From Akkermansia sp. (GTDB taxonomy: Bacteria; Verrucomicrobiota; Verrucomicrobiia; Verrucomicrobiales; Akkermansiaceae): a stretch of DNA of 64,000 nt. Below, piece after piece: positions 1 through 10,059 of the stretch; position 1 is the first letter of the stretch, and the number at the start of each line of letters is the position of its first letter. A model generated the notes under the pieces. The model did no database searches, was not told the DNA's origin, and saw only the letters and a program-made list of their open reading frames with translations. Position numbers and translations under genes: made by a program. The stretch is taken from positions 1,307-65,306 of the forward strand of contig JAZSEM010000053.1 in NCBI GenBank assembly GCA_045531695.1, given 5' to 3'.

Positions 1-330
1 GCGAGCCACAGGCGAGCCTAAACCAGAGCCCGCGACAGCGGGCGATAGCTCAATACCCCGGCGGCTGAGCCGCGAAGCGCCGACGCCCCGGGTAGGAGTA
101 TATAAAATAGATGAGCCCGAGGATCGAGGGCGGCAGATGAGAGGCAGGTTGGCATAAATAACGCGACAATTTCATTACGCGCCGTTTCTGCCGCCCTTTC
201 AGGGCTCATGTTCTTTTTGTACTCGCTGCAGGGGCTTACGCCCCTGCCTATTGAGCTACCGCCCTCGTACCTCGGGCTTTTGAATTCCGCTCACCTTCGG
301 TTCGCCATTCTGCTCGGCAAATTGCTCTTT
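1..330. repeat. Intergenic palindromic repeat mosaic (partial, at window edge)
   Basis: 1-33 is the reverse complement of 9860-9892 with 1 mismatch. About 256-307 matches the reverse complement of ~9521-9574 and partly 1961-1994 (cgggcttttgaattccgctcaccttcggttcgcc). Confidence 0.85.
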
Positions 331-344
331 ATCGGCCTGTCGGC

Positions 345-959
345 TCAGCGCACGAAGTGGGTCCAGGCGCGGGGCTCATCGAGGGTGGGGTGAGCGGGGC
401 CCTGCGCGATGCACTGCATAAGCCAGGCGAGGTTGCGGCCGAGGTTACGCATGGTCTGGCAGCCCTCGGGATCCATTTGGACTTCACCAGGGCGCATGCC
501 GTAAATCATGTTCCAGTAGAATGAGCTGACGAGCGGCTGGTTATTGTAAGTGATGTACTTGTTGAGCCTGTCGAGTGTGGTGGAGGCGCCACCTCGACGG
601 GCCACAGCGATGGTGGCACCGGGTTTGTAGGCCAGCTTGCTGCCGGCGGAGTAGTACAGGCGGTCGAGCAGGGCACAGAGTGAGCCGTTCGGGCCGGCGA
701 AGTAGGTGGGACTGCCGATGACGATGGCATCTATCTCATCCAGCTTATCGTAAATGGTGTTGTAGAGCTCATCATTTATACCGCAGCGGCCGGTTTTCAG
801 ACAACGACGGCAACCGATGCAGCCTTGTACGGCCTTGGTGCCTATCTGAATGATTTCCGCCTCGGCTCCGCCGGCGCGAAGTCCCTCTGCTACCATGCTG
901 AGTGCGTGAAATGTGTTGCCTGCGGCGTTCGGACTGCCATTGATGAGGAGAGCTTTCAT
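345..959 (-). CDS. Flavodoxin-fold iron-sulfur flavoprotein / NADPH-dependent FMN reductase family
   Basis: Starts MKALLINGSP...GNT (ATG at 959 preferred over the 1013 start of the ORF track). Has a CX2CX2CX5C motif (CIGCRRCLKTGRC), GSPTYF and RRGG motifs. Confidence 0.88.
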   Translation of the reverse strand: MKALLINGSPNAAGNTFHALSMVAEGLRAGGAEAEIIQIGTKAVQGCIGCRRCLKTGRCGINDELYNTIYDKLDEIDAIVIGSPTYFAGPNGSLCALLDRLYYSAGSKLAYKPGATIAVARRGGASTTLDRLNKYITYNNQPLVSSFYWNMIYGMRPGEVQMDPEGCQTMRNLGRNLAWLMQCIAQGPAHPTLDEPRAWTHFVR

Positions 960-1065
960 ACGTCGTAAAGAGTAGCATAAATACGCCTGAGCCGCAAGAA
1001 AAAAGGCTTGCAAATCTCAGCCTGTCTGTTATGCTGTCGTTCAGTACAACTTATCTTATATCATC

Positions 1066-1566
1066 ATGAAACGTTTGCTTGCTTTTCTGCTCATGCTGTT
1101 GGGAATCGGCTCCGCAGCTCATGCTGAGGTACTTTGGGGGCGCTGCGAATACGTGCAGGATGGCGATTCCCTGCGACTGATTGTGGACGGCAGCGGCGAA
1201 AAGGTGCGCGTGCGTTTACACGGGGTCGACGCTCCTGAGAAAAATCAGGAGTTCTCGGCTCAGTCTCGCAAGAAACTTGCAAAACTCACCCGCGGTAAGC
1301 GCTTGCGTATTGAGGTGCAGGATATTGATAAATATGACCGCTACGTGGGCAAGGTCTATGTGGGTAAGACCTATGTTAATCTTGAGATGGTGAAGGCCGG
1401 GCTTGCCTGGTACTATAGCTATCATGCCGATAAAACAGCCGATGCTGACTTGGCTGCCGCCGAGGCCGCTGCCCGCAAGGCTCGTCGCGGACTGTGGAGC
1501 GATGACAGCGTGATGAACCCGCGCGAGCACAGGCGAATTCACGGTACGGTGCACGACCCTAAATAA
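1066..1566 (+). CDS. Secreted thermonuclease (SNase-like) family protein
   Basis: Signal peptide (…GSAAHA), DGDS, VRLHGVDAPE and DKYDRYVG motifs, and a C-terminal RGLW motif. Confidence 0.9.
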   Translation: MKRLLAFLLMLLGIGSAAHAEVLWGRCEYVQDGDSLRLIVDGSGEKVRVRLHGVDAPEKNQEFSAQSRKKLAKLTRGKRLRIEVQDIDKYDRYVGKVYVGKTYVNLEMVKAGLAWYYSYHADKTADADLAAAEAAARKARRGLWSDDSVMNPREHRRIHGTVHDPK

Positions 1567-1711
1567 GGGCTACGATTACCTGTAACAAAGTTTAACCCGG
1601 AACTGGCTTAAAATTGGAGTTTGTGTGAGTGTGAGCCGAAGGCGAACCGTACTTTGAGCCCGCTTTGCGGGCGTCAGAACATAGCCCAGGGTGAAGCCGC
1701 AGGCGAAACCC

Positions 1712-1937
1712 TGGGAAAATGCGAAAAATATATCTAAACCCCGCAGACTTGCGGGGTGACAGAGGAGTGTTGCTCAAGTATACACTAATGTTGTACCGTA
1801 AGAGCAGGAGCCAATTATAAAAAAAAACGCGTGCGGTTGTAACCCGCTTTTCTGTCACCCCGCAAGTCTGCGGGGTTCTGTTTATTTTTTCTCTTTACCC
1901 AGAGCTGCGCGAGCCTTCGCTCGCTTGCTCTGGGCTA
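1712..1937. repeat. REPIN-like element, copy 1 (inverted REP doublet plus flanking hairpin)
   Basis: Perfect 25-bp inverted repeats at 1739-1763 and 1851-1875, each holding the hairpin CCCCGC-AGACTT-GCGGGG. The whole unit is homologous to the reverse complement of ~9579-9800. Confidence 0.8.
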
Positions 1938-2046
1938 ATTCTCTGTCGCCCGCACAAGTGCGGGCTTTTGAATTCCGCTCACCTTCGGTTCGCCGTACAG
2001 CGCTACAAATTGCTTTTTGGCAAGTTTTTCAATGTCGGTGGGGGTG

Positions 2047-2511
2047 TTAATGGCTTGCCTTGGCTGCGAGCAATTCGGCTGCTTTTGCCGCGCAGAATGC
2101 CACACAGCGTTCGCAGGGGCGGGCATCGTAGTACGCCTGAGTACGCTCGCTCGGGCGAGCGCTCTCGGTGGTTCCCTCCTGCAGGTGCAGGAGTTCGCGG
2201 CAGGTCAGGGTGCCGAACTCTGCTGTGAAGGCCGCCGCCTGTTCCCGTACCAGAGAGAACACGCGCTCCTTATCTTCGGGAACCCCTGTCAGGTTGCCTT
2301 TGCAATAACCTGCTACGAGGGTGAGCCCGCTGAATGCCCCGCACATGCCGCGCATGCGCCCTACGCCGGCGCCGAATCCTGCCGCAAGTCGCAGAGCCAG
2401 TTCTTCACTCAGTCCGACTTCCGGGGCAAATACAGCAAACACAGACTGAGCGCAGTTGAACCCACGGTGAAAATAGCTCAGTGCCTTTTCTGCAGCAAGT
2501 TGTTCCGTCAT
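2047..2511 (-). CDS. C-GCAxxG-C-C family putative redox protein
   Basis: FNCAQSV, GFGAGVG…MCGA, TCRELL and CERC motifs. Confidence 0.85.
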   Translation of the reverse strand: MTEQLAAEKALSYFHRGFNCAQSVFAVFAPEVGLSEELALRLAAGFGAGVGRMRGMCGAFSGLTLVAGYCKGNLTGVPEDKERVFSLVREQAAAFTAEFGTLTCRELLHLQEGTTESARPSERTQAYYDARPCERCVAFCAAKAAELLAAKASH

Positions 2512-2523
2512 GATTTTGCCGTA

Positions 2524-4401
2524 TCAGCTGCGGCGGGGCTTTTTGGTGAATCGGGAGAAGAAGGGAGCATCGCCACCATCGCGACGGTTGCCACGCTCAC
2601 GGCGCTCATTGCGGTCGTTCTTTTCGCGGCGCGGGCCGTTGCCGTAGCGCTCTCCGCGTTCAAATCGGCCGCCTTTTTCGCTCCTGCCGGGGTAGGAGGA
2701 ACCGGTGCGGCGGTCGCGCACATGAACGGTGGGGCGGCTGTCGGCCTCGGGCTTTTTGTCCTCGCGCACGTTGACTTCGTACCCGCAGATGGAGCAGGTG
2801 GAAAGGCGCTCTATGAGCTGCGGCGCAATTTCCGGTGTGACTTCAATCAGCGTGTGTTTCAGGAAAATCCTGATATCGCCCACACTGCCCTTGGGGGCTC
2901 CGCCTTCGTTGTAGAACAGGCCTGCCACGTCCTTGGGGCGCAGCCCGATGAGCTTGCCGCCATTCATGAAAAGAGTGGTGCTCTCCTGCAGGCTGCTCCA
3001 GTCATTGCCTTTTTCGGCAGCAGGCTGGTGCTCGCTGTCGGCATTTTCGCGCTTGTTGTAGCGGCTGGGGCGATCTTCGGGGATAAACTGCAGCTCACAG
3101 CTGCCCTTGGCTGCCAGCAGGTTGAACATGGCGGCTATCAGTTGCTCGGCAGGCATGTCGATGTCCTTCAGCTCCTCGGGCAGTTCCGGCCCCTTCGCGG
3201 CCTGCTCCAGAATGTCATCGACCAGAGCCTCCTTACGGGCTTCCTCGACCTGCCCGGCGGTCATGACTTTCTCGCGCTGCATGCGGGTACCGATAAAGCG
3301 CTCAATGCGTGCCAGCAGGGAGAAATCGCGGCGACCGATGAAGGTGACGGCCTTGCCCTTGCGCCCGGCTCTGGCAGTGCGGCCGATGCGGTGCACGTAG
3401 TCCTCGGGGTCGCGGGGTAACTCAAAGTTTACCACGATGTCTACATCATCAATATCAAGCCCTCGGGCGGCAATGTCGGTGGCCACGAGCACGTTCAGAT
3501 TGCCGCGGCGGAAGGAGTCCATTACGCGCTCACGCAGGGTCTGGGGCATATCGCCGTGCAGGCGGTCCACGGAATAACCGCGTGCCAGCAGTCCGTCCAC
3601 CACGTCATCCACCACTCGCTTGGTGTTGGCGAAAACCAGGCCGCGCTTCATACGCCCCATCTCAATCAGGCGGCTGAGTACTTCGATTCGGGAGGAGAAC
3701 ACAACCTCGTATACGCTCTGCTCACAGGTGGGTACAGTGAGGACAGGGCGCTCGATGGTAATCTCCTTCGGGGCTGAGGAAAGTCGGTTGATGAGCGCAC
3801 GGATAGCCGGCGACATGGTGGCCGAGAAGAAGAGGGTCTGGCGCTCTTCCGGCAGCAGTGCCACCACGCGGTCAATATCCTCCTGGAATCCCATGTCGAG
3901 CATTTCGTCGGCTTCATCCAGAATGAGGGTGGTGATGTTTTCTGTCGGCAGTTCTCCCTGTTCCATGAGGTCAATCACGCGCCCGGGTGTACCCACGACA
4001 AACTGCACACCGCGGTGCAGGGCTGCCAGCTGGGGCCCGAACGAGGCACCGCCGTAAATCGGTACGGCCGACACACCATCGAGGAACAGGGCCAGTTTGT
4101 CTACCTCGCGGCATATCTGTACTGCCAGCTCACGGGTCGGTGCCAGGCACAGCACCTGAACGCCGCGCAGTGACGGGTCAATGTTTTCCAGTGCCGGTAT
4201 GGAGAATGCCAGCGTCTTACCCGAGCCGGTGTGCGACAAACCTACGATGTCGTGCCCCTCCAGTGCAGGCGGAATGGCTTGCTCTTGAATGGGGGACGGG
4301 GTGTCGAAGCCAAGCACTTCGATGGCTTCCAGAATTTCTGGGCATATACCGAGTTGAGAGAAAGACATAGACGCGGGGAAGAATGCCCGATTATTACGCA
4401 T
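2524..4401 (-). CDS. deaD: DEAD-box RNA helicase with DbpA-type RNA-binding C-terminal domain (DeaD/CsdA-like)
   Basis: Q motif, TGSGKT, PTRELA, DEAD, SAT and HRIGRTARAG motifs, a DbpA-like domain and an Arg/Gly-rich tail. Alternative start at 4368. Confidence 0.9.
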   Translation of the reverse strand: MRNNRAFFPASMSFSQLGICPEILEAIEVLGFDTPSPIQEQAIPPALEGHDIVGLSHTGSGKTLAFSIPALENIDPSLRGVQVLCLAPTRELAVQICREVDKLALFLDGVSAVPIYGGASFGPQLAALHRGVQFVVGTPGRVIDLMEQGELPTENITTLILDEADEMLDMGFQEDIDRVVALLPEERQTLFFSATMSPAIRALINRLSSAPKEITIERPVLTVPTCEQSVYEVVFSSRIEVLSRLIEMGRMKRGLVFANTKRVVDDVVDGLLARGYSVDRLHGDMPQTLRERVMDSFRRGNLNVLVATDIAARGLDIDDVDIVVNFELPRDPEDYVHRIGRTARAGRKGKAVTFIGRRDFSLLARIERFIGTRMQREKVMTAGQVEEARKEALVDDILEQAAKGPELPEELKDIDMPAEQLIAAMFNLLAAKGSCELQFIPEDRPSRYNKRENADSEHQPAAEKGNDWSSLQESTTLFMNGGKLIGLRPKDVAGLFYNEGGAPKGSVGDIRIFLKHTLIEVTPEIAPQLIERLSTCSICGYEVNVREDKKPEADSRPTVHVRDRRTGSSYPGRSEKGGRFERGERYGNGPRREKNDRNERRERGNRRDGGDAPFFSRFTKKPRRS

Positions 4402-4448
4402 TTGTAAAGCATTTTTTTTGCCAGTGCGCCTAAATAGTGGGAGACGGG

Positions 4449-5804
4449 TTATTCCGCGGGCTGATTTTCGTATGCCTGCACCTTGTAATGGCGCCGCAGG
4501 AGGGTTTGGGGTTCAGTGGCATCTGACCCGCTGGGGGCGAACTGGAGCTCAAAACTCACGCCGAAGTAGTTGTGGGATTCTCCGCATTTGATGGCAAAGA
4601 ACGGAGCACCGTAGGGGAAGAGGGTGGCAAGCTCGCTGACCGTGCTGTCTCGCATCCACTCCGCTTGTGCCCCGGGGATATCGTGGCGGAATATCTCCTG
4701 AGAGTCTGCGGAATACTGAGCCGGGAAGGAGAAGAGGCGCAGCAATTTGTTGCCGTCGTTCATGTCGCGTATGGCCAGTAGCAGGGTTCCGGGGCGTCCG
4801 GTATTGGCATAGACTTCTGCCTGATAAATTCCGTACTGATTATTCGGCTCAATGACCCGCAGTTCCGGCGTCGAGCCACGGCGTTTGCGCTTGCCGGTGC
4901 ACATGCGCTCGAGCGTTTCCTCTGTCGGATTTTCGGCCAGTTTCTGCACCAGACTGTCAATGGTTGTAATAGCGGCATTGATGGCCTTCTGAGCTGTATC
5001 TCTGTGCTTGGTGCCGCGCCAGGCCAGCAGCAGGTGGTGCTTGCCCGAGAGCATGAGCGCAATATCGGGCAGCTCTTCGTTCTCGGCTGTCGGCTGGGGG
5101 AAGGCATCGCCGGGTTTGACCGGCACAAAACCGTCGGGCAACTGCTCGCCCTCGGTCACAGTGCGGAAAGTGGCGTGCACGGTGCCCGGTATTCCACCGC
5201 TCGACGGGGGAACCAGCACGACGTGCCCGGGCTTGGTGTAGAAGATGTTGCTTTTGTCGGCGTATGCCCAGCGCGGGGAGCGGGTGATATAGGCTGTCAG
5301 CAGTTCTTCGTGTTCTTTCTCGAGTTTTTCGAGGTTGGGAACGGCAACAATGGTGCCGGCCTGACTGGACTCCGGGTCAATGGGTATGACCAGTGAGGCG
5401 GGGCTGGTGATGTTCTCCGTCGGCTGGTGAAGGGTCGCAGTCTCCTGTATGGGTTGGCTTACCGCTGTTTCGTAGGGGGAGGGGACATCTGCCTCGATGG
5501 CCATTTCCACGAATATCATCACGCCGATACCCCAGATGGCACTGCAGTAGATAAGCTGCAGAATAGCCTGCAGGTTCTTAATTCTGAGTAGGAAGTGTGT
5601 GCAGGTTGTCAGCAGTGTGACGACGGAAACCAGCATGCTGCCCGCAATGATTTGCCCCAGGTGCGACAGTAGGGCGCTGAGGAATTCCGGGTAGCTCTCT
5701 TCCGGCCAGAGGATGGGTATGCAGGCCAGAAGTGCCGTGGCTGCACAGCAGATGTGCAGAACCCAAGTCGAGCCGAGTACGGTGCTGAGCCGGGAGGAAC
5801 TCAT
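4449..5804 (-). CDS. Hypothetical membrane-anchored protein (3 N-terminal TM segments, large extracytoplasmic domain)
   Basis: 451-aa ORF with hydrophobic N-terminal helices. Its ATG overlaps the upstream stop (ATGA at 5801-5804). Confidence 0.75.
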   Translation of the reverse strand: MSSSRLSTVLGSTWVLHICCAATALLACIPILWPEESYPEFLSALLSHLGQIIAGSMLVSVVTLLTTCTHFLLRIKNLQAILQLIYCSAIWGIGVMIFVEMAIEADVPSPYETAVSQPIQETATLHQPTENITSPASLVIPIDPESSQAGTIVAVPNLEKLEKEHEELLTAYITRSPRWAYADKSNIFYTKPGHVVLVPPSSGGIPGTVHATFRTVTEGEQLPDGFVPVKPGDAFPQPTAENEELPDIALMLSGKHHLLLAWRGTKHRDTAQKAINAAITTIDSLVQKLAENPTEETLERMCTGKRKRRGSTPELRVIEPNNQYGIYQAEVYANTGRPGTLLLAIRDMNDGNKLLRLFSFPAQYSADSQEIFRHDIPGAQAEWMRDSTVSELATLFPYGAPFFAIKCGESHNYFGVSFELQFAPSGSDATEPQTLLRRHYKVQAYENQPAE

Positions 5805-7201
5805 CTTTCTTTTGCGGGCGGGGTGGCAAACTGGGCAGGGTGCTCCAGAATGTAGCGCGACATCATCATGCGGGGACTGGGCGGGGGCTGTTCAATGTAG
5901 CGATGGTGAGCAGCCTGAACGGTGTACGGGTCGGTCGTAAGGGTGTCATCTGCCGTGATGAGTTCCGAGACGATAGTCGCGTGTTTCTTGAGCTTCATGC
6001 CGTTGAAACTGGCTACAACCCGCCTTACGATATCAATACTCAGTTTGCTGATATCACCGCTGCTGAGCGCGGCGTCCACCACAGCGCATTCGTAAATCTT
6101 GCTCTGCTCGGGCGACATGGTGGCGCTGACCGGTTCATCCTGTGTGCCGAATGCCTTTTCGAGAGCTTCGGGAGTGGGCAGGGGGAGATTCTGTCGTCGC
6201 AGCAGGAGCTTGTAGGCACGATAGGCCAGTTCGGCTTCATTGCCTGTGGCATATTTCTGAATGAGTGGCAGCGTGTCGTCACCCTGTCGGCGCTCCAGCA
6301 TTTCGAGTAATATGCCCATGGGCTGTGCGGCAAAGCAGTCAATCATTTCATCCGGCGAGGTCGGCAGCATGGTGTCGAGCTTTTCGAGCGCCTGGCGTAT
6401 GGCGTCAGGATTAACATCCCACTCCAACAGGTTCAGCGCATCAAGCACCTGCGAGGGCTTTTCCTCCAGAAAATGCTCGCCGTGTTTCCAGTAATTGAGT
6501 TCGTTGACGAATTGTGTGGCTCGCTCCCGGTCGGCCAGTCGCATGAAAGCCAGCAAATCGCAGACCGCCGGGTAGGAAAAGCGCCGCGTGCTCTCCGTTG
6601 AAATCATGTCGGTGAGCCGTTTTTCAGCACGCTCGTAAGCCGGTGCGCAGTATTTGCGTATGAGGTATTCCCGGCAGGGCTCATGCGAGGTGAGGGTGGC
6701 CTGCTCGGTTCGCTTGCGAATGTAGCTGTAGAAAGCCATCGATTCGTAGGGTATACGCACGGCTAACTCCTTGGGCATCAGTTTTTCCTCTTCCAGTCGC
6801 TTGAGAAGCTCCGGCTTGCTCTGCAGGTAGAAGGCAGCATTGCACCCTTTCTGATTTTCCAGCAGAATATTGGCTTTGTTCTGCAGCAACAGCACAATGG
6901 CATCGTCCACAGCCTTGGCAAAATGCGGATCGGTTGTGTAGCGATAGTCCATTTCGATGGGGGCACACAGGTGCAGCAGCGGTGTGTTGCCCTCGCTGTC
7001 CTGCATATTAATGTCTGCTCCTTCCTGCAGGAGAGTACGCAGTTGCTCCAGCGATTCCGCACCCGAGAAACCGGCGGCAACATTCAGCAGATTGTACGCG
7101 GACTGATCTTCTGTTTGTGTGGGTTCCGGGGGGAGGGTAGCACTGTCCTGTGCACTCAGATTGAGTGCGCAGAGGGTGAGTGCTGTAAGAATGATTCGCA
7201 T
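5801..7201 (-). CDS. Secreted protein with ankyrin-like repeat and helical C-terminal domain
   Basis: Likely start MRIILTALTLCALNLSAQ (7201), a signal peptide. Contains the ankyrin-like segment GADINMQDSEGNTPLLHL. Confidence 0.75.
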   Translation of the reverse strand: MRIILTALTLCALNLSAQDSATLPPEPTQTEDQSAYNLLNVAAGFSGAESLEQLRTLLQEGADINMQDSEGNTPLLHLCAPIEMDYRYTTDPHFAKAVDDAIVLLLQNKANILLENQKGCNAAFYLQSKPELLKRLEEEKLMPKELAVRIPYESMAFYSYIRKRTEQATLTSHEPCREYLIRKYCAPAYERAEKRLTDMISTESTRRFSYPAVCDLLAFMRLADRERATQFVNELNYWKHGEHFLEEKPSQVLDALNLLEWDVNPDAIRQALEKLDTMLPTSPDEMIDCFAAQPMGILLEMLERRQGDDTLPLIQKYATGNEAELAYRAYKLLLRRQNLPLPTPEALEKAFGTQDEPVSATMSPEQSKIYECAVVDAALSSGDISKLSIDIVRRVVASFNGMKLKKHATIVSELITADDTLTTDPYTVQAAHHRYIEQPPPSPRMMMSRYILEHPAQFATPPAKER

Positions 7202-7212
7202 GGGACAGGTCG

Positions 7213-9084
7213 TTATTGTGCGGCATCCTCTGCAGGGGCAGCCAGGATTTCGTCCTTGTGCTGAAGCAGGAATTGGGCTGTGGCTATTTCGAGTTCGTAA
7301 GCCCAGAGGTGCTGGGTTGCCATGATTTCGTCCAGCTTCTCGGGATGACTGAGATGGGTGATAATCTGCTGATAAATCTCGGCCACACGGGACAGACCGA
7401 GTTCCTGAACTGCGACGACAAAGGAGTCCATTTCCTCTGTCGACATGTCCCCGTACCAAAGCCGCTCAATGGAGGTGAGCAGCAGGGCCTTCTGCAGAAC
7501 CGGTGTGTCGGCGGTGCGCTTGTGCTCGGCCAGCCAGGCCTCTACGCCACCGTCACTGGCTGCGGGCAGGCCTTCTTTGTACAGACGGGCACTCAGAGCG
7601 CCGGCTTTGAGAGCAGGGCGGGCGTCATTGCTGAGCTGCTCAATGAGCTCATCGCTGTCATCGGCTCTGCCCAGAAGTTCCGTCAGAATGGCGGCCAGTT
7701 CGTAGGCTCCGTTTTTCTGGCATTCTTCGGCGGATTTGTGCAACAGTTCCTTGGGGAGCACGATGCTGCGTGTGTCCTGCAGAGCATAAAGGAGTGCAGA
7801 GGTGATGTGATTGTGCGGTTTCATGGCCTGCGGGTCGTTCCACAGGGGCATGTTGGCAATGATTTGCGAAGTTCTGTCGGCATCTACCTTTGCCATCAGA
7901 ATGACGGCGTTTCTCAGGGCATCGGTGTAGATTTCCTGCTCGCGGAGCTCATCGGTGGGGTTGAGCAGGGTGGCAATGGTGTCGAAGTACGGTGCTATGG
8001 CCTCAGCGTCAGGGCGAGTCAGGGCGGCACGGCATACGTCGGCCGCCAGATATTCTCCGCTGCGGATTTCCATGGCAGGTGGCGTAAAGGTAAAGCCCTT
8101 CTGCTGCAGTGCCTGCAGCAAATCGCTGTTCCCCTTAATCAAATCGTAGGCTGAGAAGCCGGGGTAATCCGGTTCCCTGTCAATGCGCAGGTAGGGATTA
8201 GCTCCATTCTTGAGCAGGTACTCGGCCAGCTCCAGGGCGGTATCGCCCATGCCGTTTTCCTTCAGCGTGCTGTAGCCGCTTGCCAGGCAGAACAGTGCGG
8301 TGCGACCCACTTCATCGGGGGAATCTGCCGAGGCGCCGTTTTCAATCAGATATCGGGCGCAGGCCAAGTGCTCGCCGGTGTAATAGCCATCGCTCATGCG
8401 TGCCACCGTGGGGAGTAGGGCATAATCTGCCGGGGTGATTCCTCCCTTCTCGTTCAGCAGGCGGGTGAGGGTACTCAGCCAGCCACGGTAGGCACACTCC
8501 TGCAACTCGTTACCACTGCGGGGGGCACCAATATCGAGCAGGTGGGCATAGACTTCCTCATGGGCACAGGTCAGGCAGGCATTGTATGCCAAGCCGGTTT
8601 CGGCAGAACCCGGTGTGGCCAGAGATGCACCCGCTGCTACCAGCACATCGATGAGTGTGTTGATTTCCTGTGCTGTGGCTTCGGGGGCATAGTCTGTTGT
8701 GAGGGCGTAGAGCAGGGGCGTTTCGGCGGGGCTGCCTTCCATCATGGTGGCGGCATTCGGGTCGGCTCCGTCTTGAATCAGGCAGCGAGCCAGCTCGGCC
8801 TTCTTCAGCATGCAGGCGATGTGCAGTATGCTGTATTTGTTGGTGGCAGAGGTGTAGGTGGGGTCGGCGGTCTGAATGAAGTTCTGCACGACCTCGCGCA
8901 GTTCCTCGGGGCCATAGTCCACCATCCAGTCTGCAGCGGTGAGCTCCTCGAGCTCCACTCGCAACTCCATGAACTGCCCTGCAGCCTCAGGGGTGGCACT
9001 GCCTTTCTGCCCGCTGCCGTCGCATCCCAGCAACAGCCCGGCAATCACCAGTGCAATACCCATTCTACAGCATGCTTTCCTCAT
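7213..9084 (-). CDS. Ankyrin-repeat lipoprotein
   Basis: Lipobox-like LLLG-C. Ankyrin segments SILHIAC, GADPNA…ETPLLYAL, GRTALFCLA and GANPY. Start uncertain (9063/9084/9093). Confidence 0.75.
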   Translation of the reverse strand: MRKACCRMGIALVIAGLLLGCDGSGQKGSATPEAAGQFMELRVELEELTAADWMVDYGPEELREVVQNFIQTADPTYTSATNKYSILHIACMLKKAELARCLIQDGADPNAATMMEGSPAETPLLYALTTDYAPEATAQEINTLIDVLVAAGASLATPGSAETGLAYNACLTCAHEEVYAHLLDIGAPRSGNELQECAYRGWLSTLTRLLNEKGGITPADYALLPTVARMSDGYYTGEHLACARYLIENGASADSPDEVGRTALFCLASGYSTLKENGMGDTALELAEYLLKNGANPYLRIDREPDYPGFSAYDLIKGNSDLLQALQQKGFTFTPPAMEIRSGEYLAADVCRAALTRPDAEAIAPYFDTIATLLNPTDELREQEIYTDALRNAVILMAKVDADRTSQIIANMPLWNDPQAMKPHNHITSALLYALQDTRSIVLPKELLHKSAEECQKNGAYELAAILTELLGRADDSDELIEQLSNDARPALKAGALSARLYKEGLPAASDGGVEAWLAEHKRTADTPVLQKALLLTSIERLWYGDMSTEEMDSFVVAVQELGLSRVAEIYQQIITHLSHPEKLDEIMATQHLWAYELEIATAQFLLQHKDEILAAPAEDAAQ

Positions 9085-9578
9085 GCCCGACATTCTAGCA
9101 CAAACTTTGCTCCTTCTCAAGTAGGAAATGCACGGCAATCGCATTTACCACATAGCTGTCCCCAATGCGTTCTGAAGTGTGGCAATTTGTGGAAGTACTG
9201 GTTACGAGGTACAAAGGACTAAGTGTAAAGTTCCGCGGCTTACGCCGCATGGTTGCAGGGGGCTTCGCGTCTCGCTTCGCTCACTTGCTACGCCCACCCG
9301 GGGGGGGGAGCTTAGCCATGGCGACTGCCCGCGCTTTAATGCGCGGCCTGCTACGCCCGGGTGGGCGAATCAACGAGAAGCCCCCAGACGCAGACGAAGC
9401 CGGGGCGTAAACTGTAGCTCCGGCCACGCTGGTTGCGGCGCAGCCGCCTAGCTCAACACTTGTCTATCGTAATTTGTAACTCGTCTATCCTTCCCCGGTA
9501 AGCTCCAATTTGTCGAGTTGTATGGAGAACCGAAGGTGTGGGGAATTTCATAAGCCCGAGGTACGAGGGCGGTAGAGC

Positions 9579-9800
9579 ATTAGCCCAGTGCAAGCGAGCG
9601 GAAGCTCGCGCAGCTCTGGGTAAAGAGAAAAAATAATCAAAGCCCCGCAGAAGTGCGGGGCGACGGAAAAGCGTGTTACAACCGCATGAGGTTATTTATG
9701 ACCGGCTCCTGCTCTTTTGGTTCAAGATCCGTGCATTTCTGAGCAAAACTCCTCCGTCACCCCGCAAGTCTGCGGGGTTCATATTTCTTTTTTTTCCCTA
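9579..9800. repeat. REPIN-like element, copy 2 (inverted relative to copy 1)
   Basis: REP arms at 9643-9667 and 9753-9777. The internal spacer and the flanking cccagagc…ctggg hairpin align with the reverse complement of 1712-1937. Confidence 0.8.
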
Positions 9801-10059
9801 CCACAGGTTCCGTTCGCGTTGCTCACTACACCTGTGGCTACTTCTCTGTCGCCCGCGCAGCGGGCTCTGATTTAGGCTCGCCTGTGGCTCGCTTTGGAAT
9901 AAAAGCTTTTTAACGGCCTTCGGCCGGGTGAAAAGCGGGCTTTGCCCGCGGTGAAGAACCGTGCTGCGCACGGTGGTGAAGACTGCGCTGCGCGCAGGGT
10001 GAAGAGCAAGGCTGACGCCTTGGGGATAGGGGGACAAACTCCAATTTGTGAAATACAAG

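Noticed and set aside
2017-3420. 467-aa + strand ORF
   Set aside because: Antisense to deaD and the C-GCAxxG gene, with no recognisable domain.
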